In this document: piece after piece, positions 39,249 to 48,040 of the stretch
How positions within the stretch are numbered: position 1 is the stretch's first letter
How the letters are laid out: the number at the start of each line of letters is the position of its first letter
DNA from: a bacterium
GTDB taxonomy: Bacteria; UBA8248
Direction: 5' to 3'
DNA length: 64,000 nucleotides
NCBI GenBank assembly: GCA_965204535.1
Contig: CBDBEV010000001.1
Location: 2,784,001-2,848,000 of the forward strand
Notes under the pieces: model-generated
What the model saw: the letters and a program-made list of their open reading frames with translations, nothing else
Database searches by the model: none
What the model was told of the DNA's origin: nothing
Position numbers and translations under genes: made by a program

Positions 39249-41030
39249 GAGACTGTGAAAGTATTCCCACGATTCTGGTGGGTGACGCTGGCGAGCGATG
39301 CCCGGGTTGTCTGTACATGCTATCTTTACCGGTGAGTGAGATAACCACATAAAGGGTCACCACCATGTCCGAGAGACGTTATCAGGAGGTGCAGTCCCGA
39401 AGCCAGATGATGCTGCTTCCGCCGTGTCTGGACGACTACGTGTCCGAGCACAATGCGGTGCGCGCGATCGATGCGTTCGTCGGCACGCTGGACCTGGAGG
39501 CGCTGGGGTTCGCGCATGCCGAAGCGAACTGCGGCGCCGGTCAGCCGGCTTTCGACCCGGCGCTGCTGCTGAAGCTGTATCTGTACGGCTACCAGCACCG
39601 GGTACGGAGTTCGCGCCGTCTCGAAGCGGAGACGCGGCGCAATCTGGAAGTGATCTGGCTGTGCCAGGGTGCGACGCCGAGCTACAAGACGATTGCGGAT
39701 TTTCGCAAGAACAATGTGGCTGCGCTGCAGGAGGCCAACCGGGAGTTCGTGCTGCTGTGCCGCGAACTCTCGCTGCTGGGCGGCAGCCGGGTGGCGGTCG
39801 ACGGGACTTTTTTGAAGGCCGATGCGAACCTGGACAGCTTCCAAACCAAGCGGTCCCTGGCAAGGGACCTGAGGCGTTTGGAGAAGAGGATTGCGGCGTA
39901 TCACCGGCAGTTGGACGAGGCGGATGCGCGCGGGGAGGAGTGTGGGGACGGTTCGGAGGATCCGGACCTGCCGGTGAAGCTCAAGGCCTTGATCGAGAGG
40001 CAACAAAAGAAGAAGGCACTGCAAGAGCATTTGCAGGAAAGCGGAGAGCGTCAGGTATCGGGGGTCGATGCAGATGCTCGACTTCTGAGGAACGGCGATA
40101 TAATGGTGGGCGGATACAACTGCCAGATCGCGGTGGACGACAAGCACAAGCTGATTGTCGCGGAGGATGTGGTGCAGGACGGCAATGACTCCGCTCAGTT
40201 GGAGCCGATGATGACGAAAGCCGGCGAAGCCATGGGCAGCGAACGCCTGGTCGGCCTGGCGGATTCGGGCTACTTCAACGGCGCACAGTTGAAGAGTTGC
40301 GAAGACAAGGGAATGGAGGTGTATGTTCCGATACCGAACCAGACGGCCCGCAAGGGCAAGGACGGACGATTCGGCAGCGATGAATTCCGTTACGATGCGC
40401 AGGATGACACGTATGTCTGTCCGGCCGGAGAGCGTCTGGTTCGAGGCGGCACGACCACCGTCAGGGGCAGGCTGTATTACTTTTATCGCGGGACGGCGGC
40501 GGTTTGCCGGGACTGTTCGTTGTCGGGCCGATGCCTGACAAAGTCGAGATCGACGCGCAGGATACAACGCTGGGAGCATGAGGACGTGGTGGACCGGCAT
40601 CGCAAGAAGATGAACGCCCGTGTGCCATTGATGCGCGGGCGAAGCACACTCGTCGAACATCCATTCGGTACGATCAAGCGCTGGGCGGGGATGGATCATT
40701 TTGTGATGCGCGGACTCGGCAAATGCCGCGGCGAATTCAGCCTGATGACGCTGGGTTACAACTTCAAGCGGGTCATGCGTGTGCTGGGCGGAGCTGCATT
40801 TGTGGAGCATTGTCTGCAAAAACAGCGGTTGGGGACGAATGGCGTGTGAACTTGAAGCCGATTCTTCGAGGACTTGACCGCGACCCCGAGCTGACCGGCC
40901 GCCGAGACGTTTCTCTCCCGGCTCTGCGGTGTTGTTGCTCCCGAAGTTGAAGACAGTGTCCGGCCATCGGGCTGCAAGCGTAAGCGAGCCCTGTTCCGGA
41001 GACTGTGAAATCCAATACTCTCACAGTCTC
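39249..41030 (+). mobile_element. IS1182-family element B (1782 bp)
   Basis: IRs GAGACTGTGAAAGTATT / AATACTCTCACAGTCTC; duplication CGCGGTGGTG (10 bp, or 8 bp if the ends are one base longer). Confidence 0.9.
39365..40849 (+). CDS. IS1182-family transposase (distinct subgroup)
   Basis: VRAID.FV, SSRRLE, TIADFR, VDGT, GYN.Q, ADSGY, VEHPFGTIK. Confidence 0.92.
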   Translation: MSERRYQEVQSRSQMMLLPPCLDDYVSEHNAVRAIDAFVGTLDLEALGFAHAEANCGAGQPAFDPALLLKLYLYGYQHRVRSSRRLEAETRRNLEVIWLCQGATPSYKTIADFRKNNVAALQEANREFVLLCRELSLLGGSRVAVDGTFLKADANLDSFQTKRSLARDLRRLEKRIAAYHRQLDEADARGEECGDGSEDPDLPVKLKALIERQQKKKALQEHLQESGERQVSGVDADARLLRNGDIMVGGYNCQIAVDDKHKLIVAEDVVQDGNDSAQLEPMMTKAGEAMGSERLVGLADSGYFNGAQLKSCEDKGMEVYVPIPNQTARKGKDGRFGSDEFRYDAQDDTYVCPAGERLVRGGTTTVRGRLYYFYRGTAAVCRDCSLSGRCLTKSRSTRRIQRWEHEDVVDRHRKKMNARVPLMRGRSTLVEHPFGTIKRWAGMDHFVMRGLGKCRGEFSLMTLGYNFKRVMRVLGGAAFVEHCLQKQRLGTNGV

Positions 41031-41711
41031 CGCGGTGGTGACGGCGGATTCGGGCTATGCGTATTCGAAGGTGTATGCGGGATTGGAGCGGCGGGGGGTG
41101 GACGCGGTGATACCGGCGAAGAAGGAGCCTTCCCAGAGCCGTGTTCCGCTGCAGTTGTTCCGCTACGACGAGCGGCACAAGGTGGTGAAGTGTCCGGGGG
41201 GCCAGACGCTGCGCCCCCGGAAGGAGACGGAGCGGGGGCGCTACTATGGTTCGAGGACGCGCGATTGCGCGGGGTGCGCGCTGAGGTCGGATTGTCTGCC
41301 CAAGTCGCACACGAGCAGGACGGTTCTGATTCCGCATGAATATCCGGCGCTGTTGCGCGCGCGCCGCCGGCACGCGCGCCGGGGGGAGGAGGAGGGCCGG
41401 CTGTGGCGCCGCCACATGGGGCGCTCGGAGGGCTACCACGGCGAGGCGAAGAGTCGGCACGGACTGGGGCGGGCGGTACGCCGGGGTCTTGCGAACGTGA
41501 AGATCCAGGCCTACCTGACGGCGACTGCGGTGAACCTCAAGCGGCTCGCCGCCGCTGTTGCGGCGGGTTTATTCGCCCACTGGAGGGTCTGCGCCGCCCG
41601 GAAACGCCGAATGCGCGCATATCGCGGCCTCACGCGCCGATTGGGCTTCCTCTCCGCCGCCGCGTGAGCCGCCATACCCCCTGCTTCAAAACAGGGTTTT
41701 TCAACAGCCCC

Positions 41712-42240
41712 TTGACAGGGGGGTATGAAAAGGCGGCGCCCGCCACCGAGATGAACACAAATTCACTCCCCCCTTGAGGGGGTTGTTGAAAAAGTCCGAG
41801 GAGTGAGTGTTCGACGTGAGGGGGGTGTAGGGATAGGTCGCGACCTGTCCCTACGGACGAATACGGCCGGGGAGGGTCTGGTCGTCCTTTCACCTCGATC
41901 CGCAATGTTCCCGTAGGGGCGGCCCCCTGTGGCCGCCCTGCCCCGTGGCTACGCTTCGCAGGGACAGGCACGGGGGCCTGTCCCTACAAACCCTTTACTT
42001 GCAGGGTGCTGTGCGGACTTTTTCAACAGCCTCCAAGGCGGGAGTGAATCCTTTTTTTGCGGGGGTTGCTTTTTTTACCCCCCTGTCAAGGGGGGTAGGG
42101 GGGGTTGGTTTTCAAACCGGCGGGCGGCCTCATTCGCCGTAGCGAAGCCTCGCCATCGCGCCTGCGCTGCGTGAACCTCCATGCCGCCGATCCCGAAACG
42201 GGGTTTTTCAACAACCTCGTCAAGGGGGTTAGGGGGTTGA
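41712..42240. repeat. nested palindrome/MITE cluster; 41908-42164 duplicates 42988-43242 including the recombinase 3' end
   Basis: direct alignment; TCATTCGCCGTAGCGAAGCCTCGCCATCGCGCC present twice. Confidence 0.8.
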
Positions 42241-42281
42241 ACCCGACCGGGGAGGGAGGGTTCGCGGCAAGCGCAGTTCGA

Positions 42282-42548
42282 CTACCTGGTTCGCTCGATG
42301 AGTTCGCGCAAAGAGGCCATCGCCTCCTCGTGCCTGTGTTTGGAATCTTCCTCCCTGCGGCGAGACTCGGCCATGGCCTCGTCGTGCTTGGCCATCGCCT
42401 CACGGTGCTTGCGCTCCGAATCGTCGGCGCGCATGGCGGCGTTCCTGTCCATCGTGCGGATGCCGTGGTAGATGAGGCCGAGGCCGGCGTAGGCGGCTGC
42501 GAGGTTCAGGTAGGCGGCGATGAGGTTGAGGTATTCGGACGACGTCAT
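42282..42548 (-). CDS. small membrane-anchored coiled-coil protein with HxxxM repeats
   Basis: one hydrophobic segment; HREAM/HDEAM/HEEAM; LRELIERT end shared with 48041-48604. Confidence 0.7.
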   Translation of the reverse strand: MTSSEYLNLIAAYLNLAAAYAGLGLIYHGIRTMDRNAAMRADDSERKHREAMAKHDEAMAESRRREEDSKHRHEEAMASLRELIERTR

Positions 42549-42653
42549 GGGTTTTCCCCGGAGTGGGCCACATGGAACTCTCGCGTATATTCAGTATAAA
42601 AAGAGGTTCCGCCCATCGTCAAACCCCGCGGGGCGGGGACCCGGGCCCACTCG

Positions 42654-43190
42654 CTCTCGCCCTGAAAGGACAGCCCCTCCTCGGGGCTGTCCAACCCCCC
42701 CTACCCCCCCTTGACAGGGGGGTATGAAAAGGCGGCGCCCGCCACCGAGATGAACGCAAATTCACTCCCCCCTTGAGGGGGAGTCAGTGAGCTAGGGGCG
42801 TAAGCCCCGCAAGCGAACTGGTGGGGGGAGTTTTTTCTGTGGCATGTCCCCCCACCGAATCGGCCTTCGCCAAGGCTCGGCCTCTTCGTCGGGCTTTCCC
42901 CTCGGGAAGCCCGACCCTCAAGGGGCTGTTGAATAACCCCTCGTCGAGCGGAATTGATTGCCGGAATGACAATCAAAAGCACATTCACCCGTAGGGGCGG
43001 CCCCCTGTGGCCGCCCTGCCCCGTGGCTACGCTTCGCAGGGACAGGCACGGGGGCCTGTCCCTACAAACCCTTTACTTGCAGGGTGCTGTGCGGACTTTT
43101 TCAACAGACCCTCAAGGGGGGAGTTGATCTTTTTTGGCGGGGGTTGCTTTTTCATACCCCCCTGTCAAGGGGGGGTAGGGGGGGTTGGTT
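42654..43190. repeat. nested palindrome cluster containing MITE 42922-43110
   Basis: CTCAA duplicated at 42917-21 and 43111-15. Confidence 0.8.
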
Positions 43191-43209
43191 TTCGAGCTGG
43201 CGGGCGGCC

Positions 43210-44271
43210 TCATTCGCCGTAGCGAAGCCTCGCCATCGCGCCCTGTTTCGCGAGCTGGCCCTGCGCGTAGCGCCCCGGCATGGTCGGCGACTGCCAGCGC
43301 CCGGCGATTTGCATCTCGACCAGCGACGCCCCCGCCGTGGCCAGGCTCTGCGCGCTGCCCACGCGCAGGCTGTGCCCGCTGATGCGCCCCTCCACGCCCG
43401 CGTCCCGGGCGCGCTGGATGATGATGCGCCGGATGCTCCTCTCCGTCAGGCGGCCTTCCCGCAGCCGGCCCCCCTTGAACAGCGGCCGGAACAGCGGCCC
43501 CTTCGTCAGGCCTGCCTCCAGAAGCCAGGACCGGACGCGCGCCACCGTCGGCTCGCCCAGAAACTGCACGACGCCCTCGCCCTCCTGGTCCGTCTTCGAG
43601 CGGCGGATCAGCACCGTCTGCTCGTCGAGGTCCACGTCCTCGATGTCGAGCGCCTCGACCTCCGACACCCGGAGCAGGGCGTCGCTCGCCACCGCCACGA
43701 TCGCCGCGTCGCGCAGGCCCCCCAGGGTCCCCGTCCCCTCGGCCAGCGCCGCCGCGCGGTCCGCCTGCTCCCAGCGCACCCCCACCACCTGGCCGCGGCC
43801 GCGCTCTGCGGCCAGGCGCCTGAAGCCGGCCAGCACCCGCTCCGAGGCCGCCCCCGCCGGAGAGGGCCGGCCGTTCAGCTTCGCCCGGAAGCGAAGCGCC
43901 GCGACCGCCATCGCGGCCACGGCCGCCGAGTGCCCCTGTTCGTAGAGATCCCCCAGGTACGCCGCTATCCCGGCGTCGGTCTCGGGGTTTCCCGAGCGCT
44001 CGAACCTCCGCAGGGCCGTCTCGTACACTCGCCGCGTGTTCTTAGACATCGACGCCTTCGCCAGGTCGGCGGCCGCACGGGCCGGTCGGGCCGGCCTTCT
44101 CGTCAAAGCGATGTCCTGTTCTGGGTCGGGCGGTGTTGCCCCAGTCGTCATGGCGAGAAGCCAACCTTCTAGGTCAGCGGCCGTTTCCATTCCCTGAGGC
44201 CGTCCGAGCGCCTCGTTACGCTCAAGGGCCTCGTCAAATACCGAGTATAGACGACGGCGGGAAATTTCCAA
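43210..44271 (-). CDS. Cre-like tyrosine recombinase
   Basis: RDAA..LR.SE, RRSKTDQ, GHSLRVG, GRW, terminal RY; start uncertain (44271, 44190 or ~44151). Confidence 0.92.
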   Translation of the reverse strand: MEISRRRLYSVFDEALERNEALGRPQGMETAADLEGWLLAMTTGATPPDPEQDIALTRRPARPARAAADLAKASMSKNTRRVYETALRRFERSGNPETDAGIAAYLGDLYEQGHSAAVAAMAVAALRFRAKLNGRPSPAGAASERVLAGFRRLAAERGRGQVVGVRWEQADRAAALAEGTGTLGGLRDAAIVAVASDALLRVSEVEALDIEDVDLDEQTVLIRRSKTDQEGEGVVQFLGEPTVARVRSWLLEAGLTKGPLFRPLFKGGRLREGRLTERSIRRIIIQRARDAGVEGRISGHSLRVGSAQSLATAGASLVEMQIAGRWQSPTMPGRYAQGQLAKQGAMARLRYGE

Positions 44272-44325
44272 GTAAAAAAACCGTTTTGGGGGGCAGAAAC
44301 CCGGACGAAACGGCGGGTTTCTGAA

Positions 44326-44349
44326 GTCCGATAATTACTATTATCAGAA
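44326..44349 (+). promoter_or_regulatory. putative recombination site 1
   Basis: GTCCGATAA-TTACTA-TTATCAGAA. Confidence 0.75.
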
Positions 44350-44377
44350 AATATAACACCTCTCACGGCCATGTCAA
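44350..44377 (-). promoter_or_regulatory. sigma70 promoter inside the putative invertible segment, facing the recombinase
   Basis: TTGACA-16 nt-TATATT with extended -10 TG. Confidence 0.75.
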
Positions 44378-44505
44378 GCGCAATTCCGGGGTCCCCGGAG
44401 GGGTTTCGGGCGCTGTTTTGCGCCTTTTTTCGCTTATATTTCGCTTATTTTCGTCTCAAATGCGCCCCGAATCCGGTTTTTCGGCGGAAAACGGGGGTTC
44501 TGGGG

Positions 44506-44529
44506 GCCGTTAATAGTAATTAGCGGTCA
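44506..44529 (-). promoter_or_regulatory. putative recombination site 2, inverted
   Basis: minus strand GACCGCTAA-TTACTA-TTAACGGCC; same asymmetric spacer as site 1. Confidence 0.75.
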
Positions 44530-44757
44530 CCAGGCCGGGAACGGTGGGACATACCGCAGGGATTCACCTCTCGCGGAACGACTCACCACCGGCCCGGACC
44601 ATGAAAGGGTTCAAGTCCGCCGCGTTTCAGGCGGCCGAAAATACGAATCACCAGTTTGTGAAGGCCCGAAATGAAAGCTCACGAAAGGAGGTTAATCGGA
44701 GAAAGCCGGAAATTCACGGAAAATCCCTTTTTCTATGTATTCAGGAGGACTCACTAA

Positions 44758-46791
44758 ATGACGTTCAGAGAGAAACCGATAAACAAGCTTTACGCTTTCG
44801 CGCTGGCGGCGCTCTTCGCGCTGACGCTGGCGGGCTGCGGCGGTGGCGGCGGCGGGACGACTGCCACGCCGGACTCGGAGCCGCCACCGATGCCGACGGC
44901 TTACGAGCAGGCGGTTGCGGCAATCGCGGCAGCCGAAACGGCGGAAGCGGCACAGGCGGCCTACGATGCGGTGGACCAGGCTGCTATTACTGGCGCAGAG
45001 TCGCAGAAGCTGCAGGCAGCGCTTGACGACAAACTGGATATGCTGGCGACAGCGATGCGCGCGGCAGACCAGAAAAAAGCGCTGAGTACGGCAGCCGGGG
45101 AGATAGATACCTCCGACCTGTCCACTCAGGAAGCGGTTGACGCCGCACGGACCGCCATCGCAGGGCTTCGGCAGGCGCTGGCCGACGCGGAAGACGTGAG
45201 CGATGAAGACAAGGCGATGTACATGTCGCAACTCGACGACGCCGTGGCTGCCGTGGACGAGGCGCAGGGCGGGATCGACACCGACGAGCGCCGGACGAAC
45301 CAGACGGCGGCATTGACGAGCGCTTCCGGGACCCTCCAGGCGGCCCTCGCGGCGCTTTCCGGCTCGACGCCAACGCAGGCGCAGCTCGACGCCGCCACCG
45401 CCGCTCTCGCCGCTCTGAACATGGCGATTGCGGATGGCGCAGACTTGACCGACGCGGAAAAGGCTGCGTATGTGCGAGAGGCGGCCAATGCGGCGGCGCC
45501 GATCCAAACGGCGCAAGCCGCCTTCGATAAGGCCAAGGACGCTGCCGACGACCAGATGAAGAAGGACATGGCCGCCAGCGGCAAAGCGTTGCACAAGGCG
45601 TTGACGACCGATCCGCTGGATTTCCTGGACGACGATGTCGCAGTATCCCTTGCGGCTAGCGGACTTATGGTGAACCCGAATGGAACTGCCGACGATACCG
45701 ATGGGCTAGCCTCCGTCCCCTTGAAGGCCAGCGGTTCGGCCGGATCGTTGGACGGCTGGAGCGGGATGAACTATGCCCATATGGATTCGGGCACGAAGGT
45801 CGCCAACTCTGCCGTGGTTTACACGAATCAAGGTGCGCCGACGACGGAGACCTTCGCTAGTGAATACGGGACCGGTGGTGATTCAGTGACCGAGGGTACC
45901 TACACCCCGGACAACCGTCGTCTGGCGATTGACGTATCGGCGACCGCCAATAGCAAAAAAATGAAGAGTTCGAGGTTCCCGACGGTTGGAAGCCAAAATT
46001 TCCCACCTGCGCAGTCGGGAGGCAGCGAAGTGTCGTTCTCGGGCACATATGACGGAGCGTCCGGCACATACCTGTGCACTACGGCCAATGCTGCCAATGG
46101 TTGCGCTGCCACGTATACCCCTACCGGAGGAATAACGCTCACCGGGACCTGGATATTCACCCACGCGGTCGGTGCGATGGTGTCGAGGGCAGACGGCGAC
46201 TACCTGTATTTCGGTTGGTGGTTGCGCAAGGACAAGGACGACATGCCGACGCATGCCAGCGCGTTCTCCGGTGTGGCGGGAACGGTAGCGGCCCCGACCG
46301 TCAGTTACACTACCCTTGCAGGCTCCGCGACCTATGTCGGCAAGGCGGTCGGAAAGTTCGCTCTGAGCAACCCGCTCGACGGCACGGGCAACGCCGGCCA
46401 CTTCACGGCGGACGCTACCCTGACCGCCAAGTTTGGGGCGAACGAGGCGCCCACCAACGGTGGTGTTACCGGAGTGATCGAAAACTTCATGGCCAACGGT
46501 GCCTCCGTGCCGTGGAGCGTGAAGTTGAATCGCGCTGCATGGGGTGACACCGGCTCGTTCGCCCCCGCGGATGATGCTACCACCACAACTGTTGACGAGT
46601 CGGTGACCGCCGGCACAGTTTGGTCAATCGACGGCAACGCGGCGCCGGCGTCCGGCATCTGGAGCGGTCAGATGTATGACGAGAAAGCCAGGGACGGAAG
46701 TGACGTTCCGACCACGGCCATCGGCACGTTCCAGTCCGAGTTCAGCAGCATCGGCCGCATGGTCGGCGCCTTCGGCGCGAACAAGCAGTAG
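44758..46791 (+). CDS. surface lipoprotein: Ala-rich helical stalk plus TbpB/HupA-like C-terminal barrel
   Basis: lipobox LAGC then poly-Gly; YLYFGWW, ATYVGKAVG, terminal VGAFGA; AGGAGG RBS. Confidence 0.8.
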   Translation: MTFREKPINKLYAFALAALFALTLAGCGGGGGGTTATPDSEPPPMPTAYEQAVAAIAAAETAEAAQAAYDAVDQAAITGAESQKLQAALDDKLDMLATAMRAADQKKALSTAAGEIDTSDLSTQEAVDAARTAIAGLRQALADAEDVSDEDKAMYMSQLDDAVAAVDEAQGGIDTDERRTNQTAALTSASGTLQAALAALSGSTPTQAQLDAATAALAALNMAIADGADLTDAEKAAYVREAANAAAPIQTAQAAFDKAKDAADDQMKKDMAASGKALHKALTTDPLDFLDDDVAVSLAASGLMVNPNGTADDTDGLASVPLKASGSAGSLDGWSGMNYAHMDSGTKVANSAVVYTNQGAPTTETFASEYGTGGDSVTEGTYTPDNRRLAIDVSATANSKKMKSSRFPTVGSQNFPPAQSGGSEVSFSGTYDGASGTYLCTTANAANGCAATYTPTGGITLTGTWIFTHAVGAMVSRADGDYLYFGWWLRKDKDDMPTHASAFSGVAGTVAAPTVSYTTLAGSATYVGKAVGKFALSNPLDGTGNAGHFTADATLTAKFGANEAPTNGGVTGVIENFMANGASVPWSVKLNRAAWGDTGSFAPADDATTTTVDESVTAGTVWSIDGNAAPASGIWSGQMYDEKARDGSDVPTTAIGTFQSEFSSIGRMVGAFGANKQ

Positions 46792-46813
46792 CAGCGAAGA
46801 GCAGGACGCCTAT

Positions 46814-46841
46814 GGCTTCGGGGCTTCACGGCCCCGGAGCC
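46814..46841 (+). terminator. stem-loop after the lipoprotein gene
   Basis: GGCTTCGGGGC-TTCACG-GCCCCGGAGCC; no U tract. Confidence 0.45.
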
Positions 46842-47099
46842 GGGGCGATATGAGGAGAGCGAAAAAGGGGGTTGCCCGTTGGTTGCTTCCCTCGTGATGG
46901 AGCAAACTGTACCGCTCCTGGTTGTGAGTTTGAGTCCTCGAGCCGGGAGGGGGAACAACGGGCGGCCCCTGTTTTCGTCATGCACACAGGCCGGCGCCCC
47001 GCTCGGCCGGGCCTCGGACCTCAGGGATTGTGTCGCAGCAACTCCCGCCTTCCGCCGGCCCTTCGCGGGGTGTCGGCCTTTTTTTTCTTGAGCGGATGC

Positions 47100-47960
47100 G
47101 CCCGCATCCCTGCCCTGAAAGGACAGCCCCTCCTCGGGGCTGTCCTGCCCCCCCTACCCCCCTTGACGGGGTTGTTGAAAAACCCTCCGGTGGGGAAGGA
47201 ATCCCGATCATCGAATTGTTCACCGTAGCAAGGACAGGCCCCGGCGCCTGTCCGAGGCCCCCGTGCCTGTCCGTGGCCCTCGCGCCCTTGCTGTATCCGG
47301 GTGAATACGACCGACGGGCGGCCACGGGGGGCCGCCCCTACAACTGCGGCGCGTAATCGCTGTAGGGACAGGTCGCGACCTGTCCCTACGGGGTGTCGCT
47401 TCCTCGGTCGGTTCGATTGCCCTCTCACTTGTTGAAAGGCAACCCCCCCCTACCCCCCCTTGACAGGGGGGTAAGAAAAAGCAAGATCTCAAAAAAGGAT
47501 CAACTCCCCCCTTGAGGGTCTGGCTTCCCGAGGGGAAAGCCCGACAGAAGCCGAGCGGTTTGTGCGAAGGCTGATGCGGTGGGGGGACATGCCACAGAAA
47601 AACTCCCCCCACCGAATCGCTTGCGGGCTTACGCCCTTAGCTCTTCGTCTGGCTTTCCCCTCGGGAAGCCAGACCCTCAAGGGGCTGTTGAAAAAGCCCT
47701 GATGAACGCGGGTTTTGCGCGACCGAGGAGGGGCGGTTTTGTAGGGGCCGCATACATGCGGCCCTTGTAGTGGGCAAAAAAAAATCAGGGTCGCATATAT
47801 GCGACCCCTACATACAAACAAATTTTCCTCTCGGGGGTTTTTCAACAACCCCCTCAAGGGGGGAGTGAATTTTCTCTCTCGTCGGTCTGTTATATACGAC
47901 AAATCCAGAGTTCCAGGCTTTTTCATACCCCCCTGTCAAGGGGGGGTAGGGGGGGTTGGT
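47100..47960. repeat. nested palindrome cluster containing MITE 47681-47852
   Basis: TSD CTCAA (47676-80, 47853-57); interior homologous to 13058-13232. Confidence 0.85.
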
Positions 47961-48040
47961 TTTGGGGCGAGACGACCGGTGCGGGGGACGCAAAAGAACC
48001 TCATCCCGAGTAGGCCCGAAGGGCCGTATCGAGGGGGCCG

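Larger units (their letters stand above)
38478..41667 (+). pseudogene. split IS1182 transposase (38478-39248 and 41031-41667)
   Basis: two halves match 22790-24187. Confidence 0.9.
38404..41711 (+). mobile_element. IS1182 element A copy 2, interrupted by element B
   Basis: same IRs; TSD TTGAC (38399-403, 41712-16); 1516 bp after removing the insert. Confidence 0.9.

Noticed and set aside
39326-40819. Long antisense ORFs (also 1060-1998, 6672-7964, 11737-13197, 22700-23980, 49179-51068, 56400-57683, 58473-59744)
   Set aside because: Shadow frames of real high-GC genes with no family motifs.
43210-44271. Integron integrase with cassette array
   Set aside because: The protein looks Cre-like with no recognisable IntI insertion, and no attC-type sites were seen around the small genes.
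44326-44349. Chromosomal dif site
   Set aside because: It shares the TAA-N6-TTA geometry but matches the XerD arm TTATGTTAAAT poorly, and it has an inverted partner and an adjacent dedicated recombinase. Xer action is not fully excluded.
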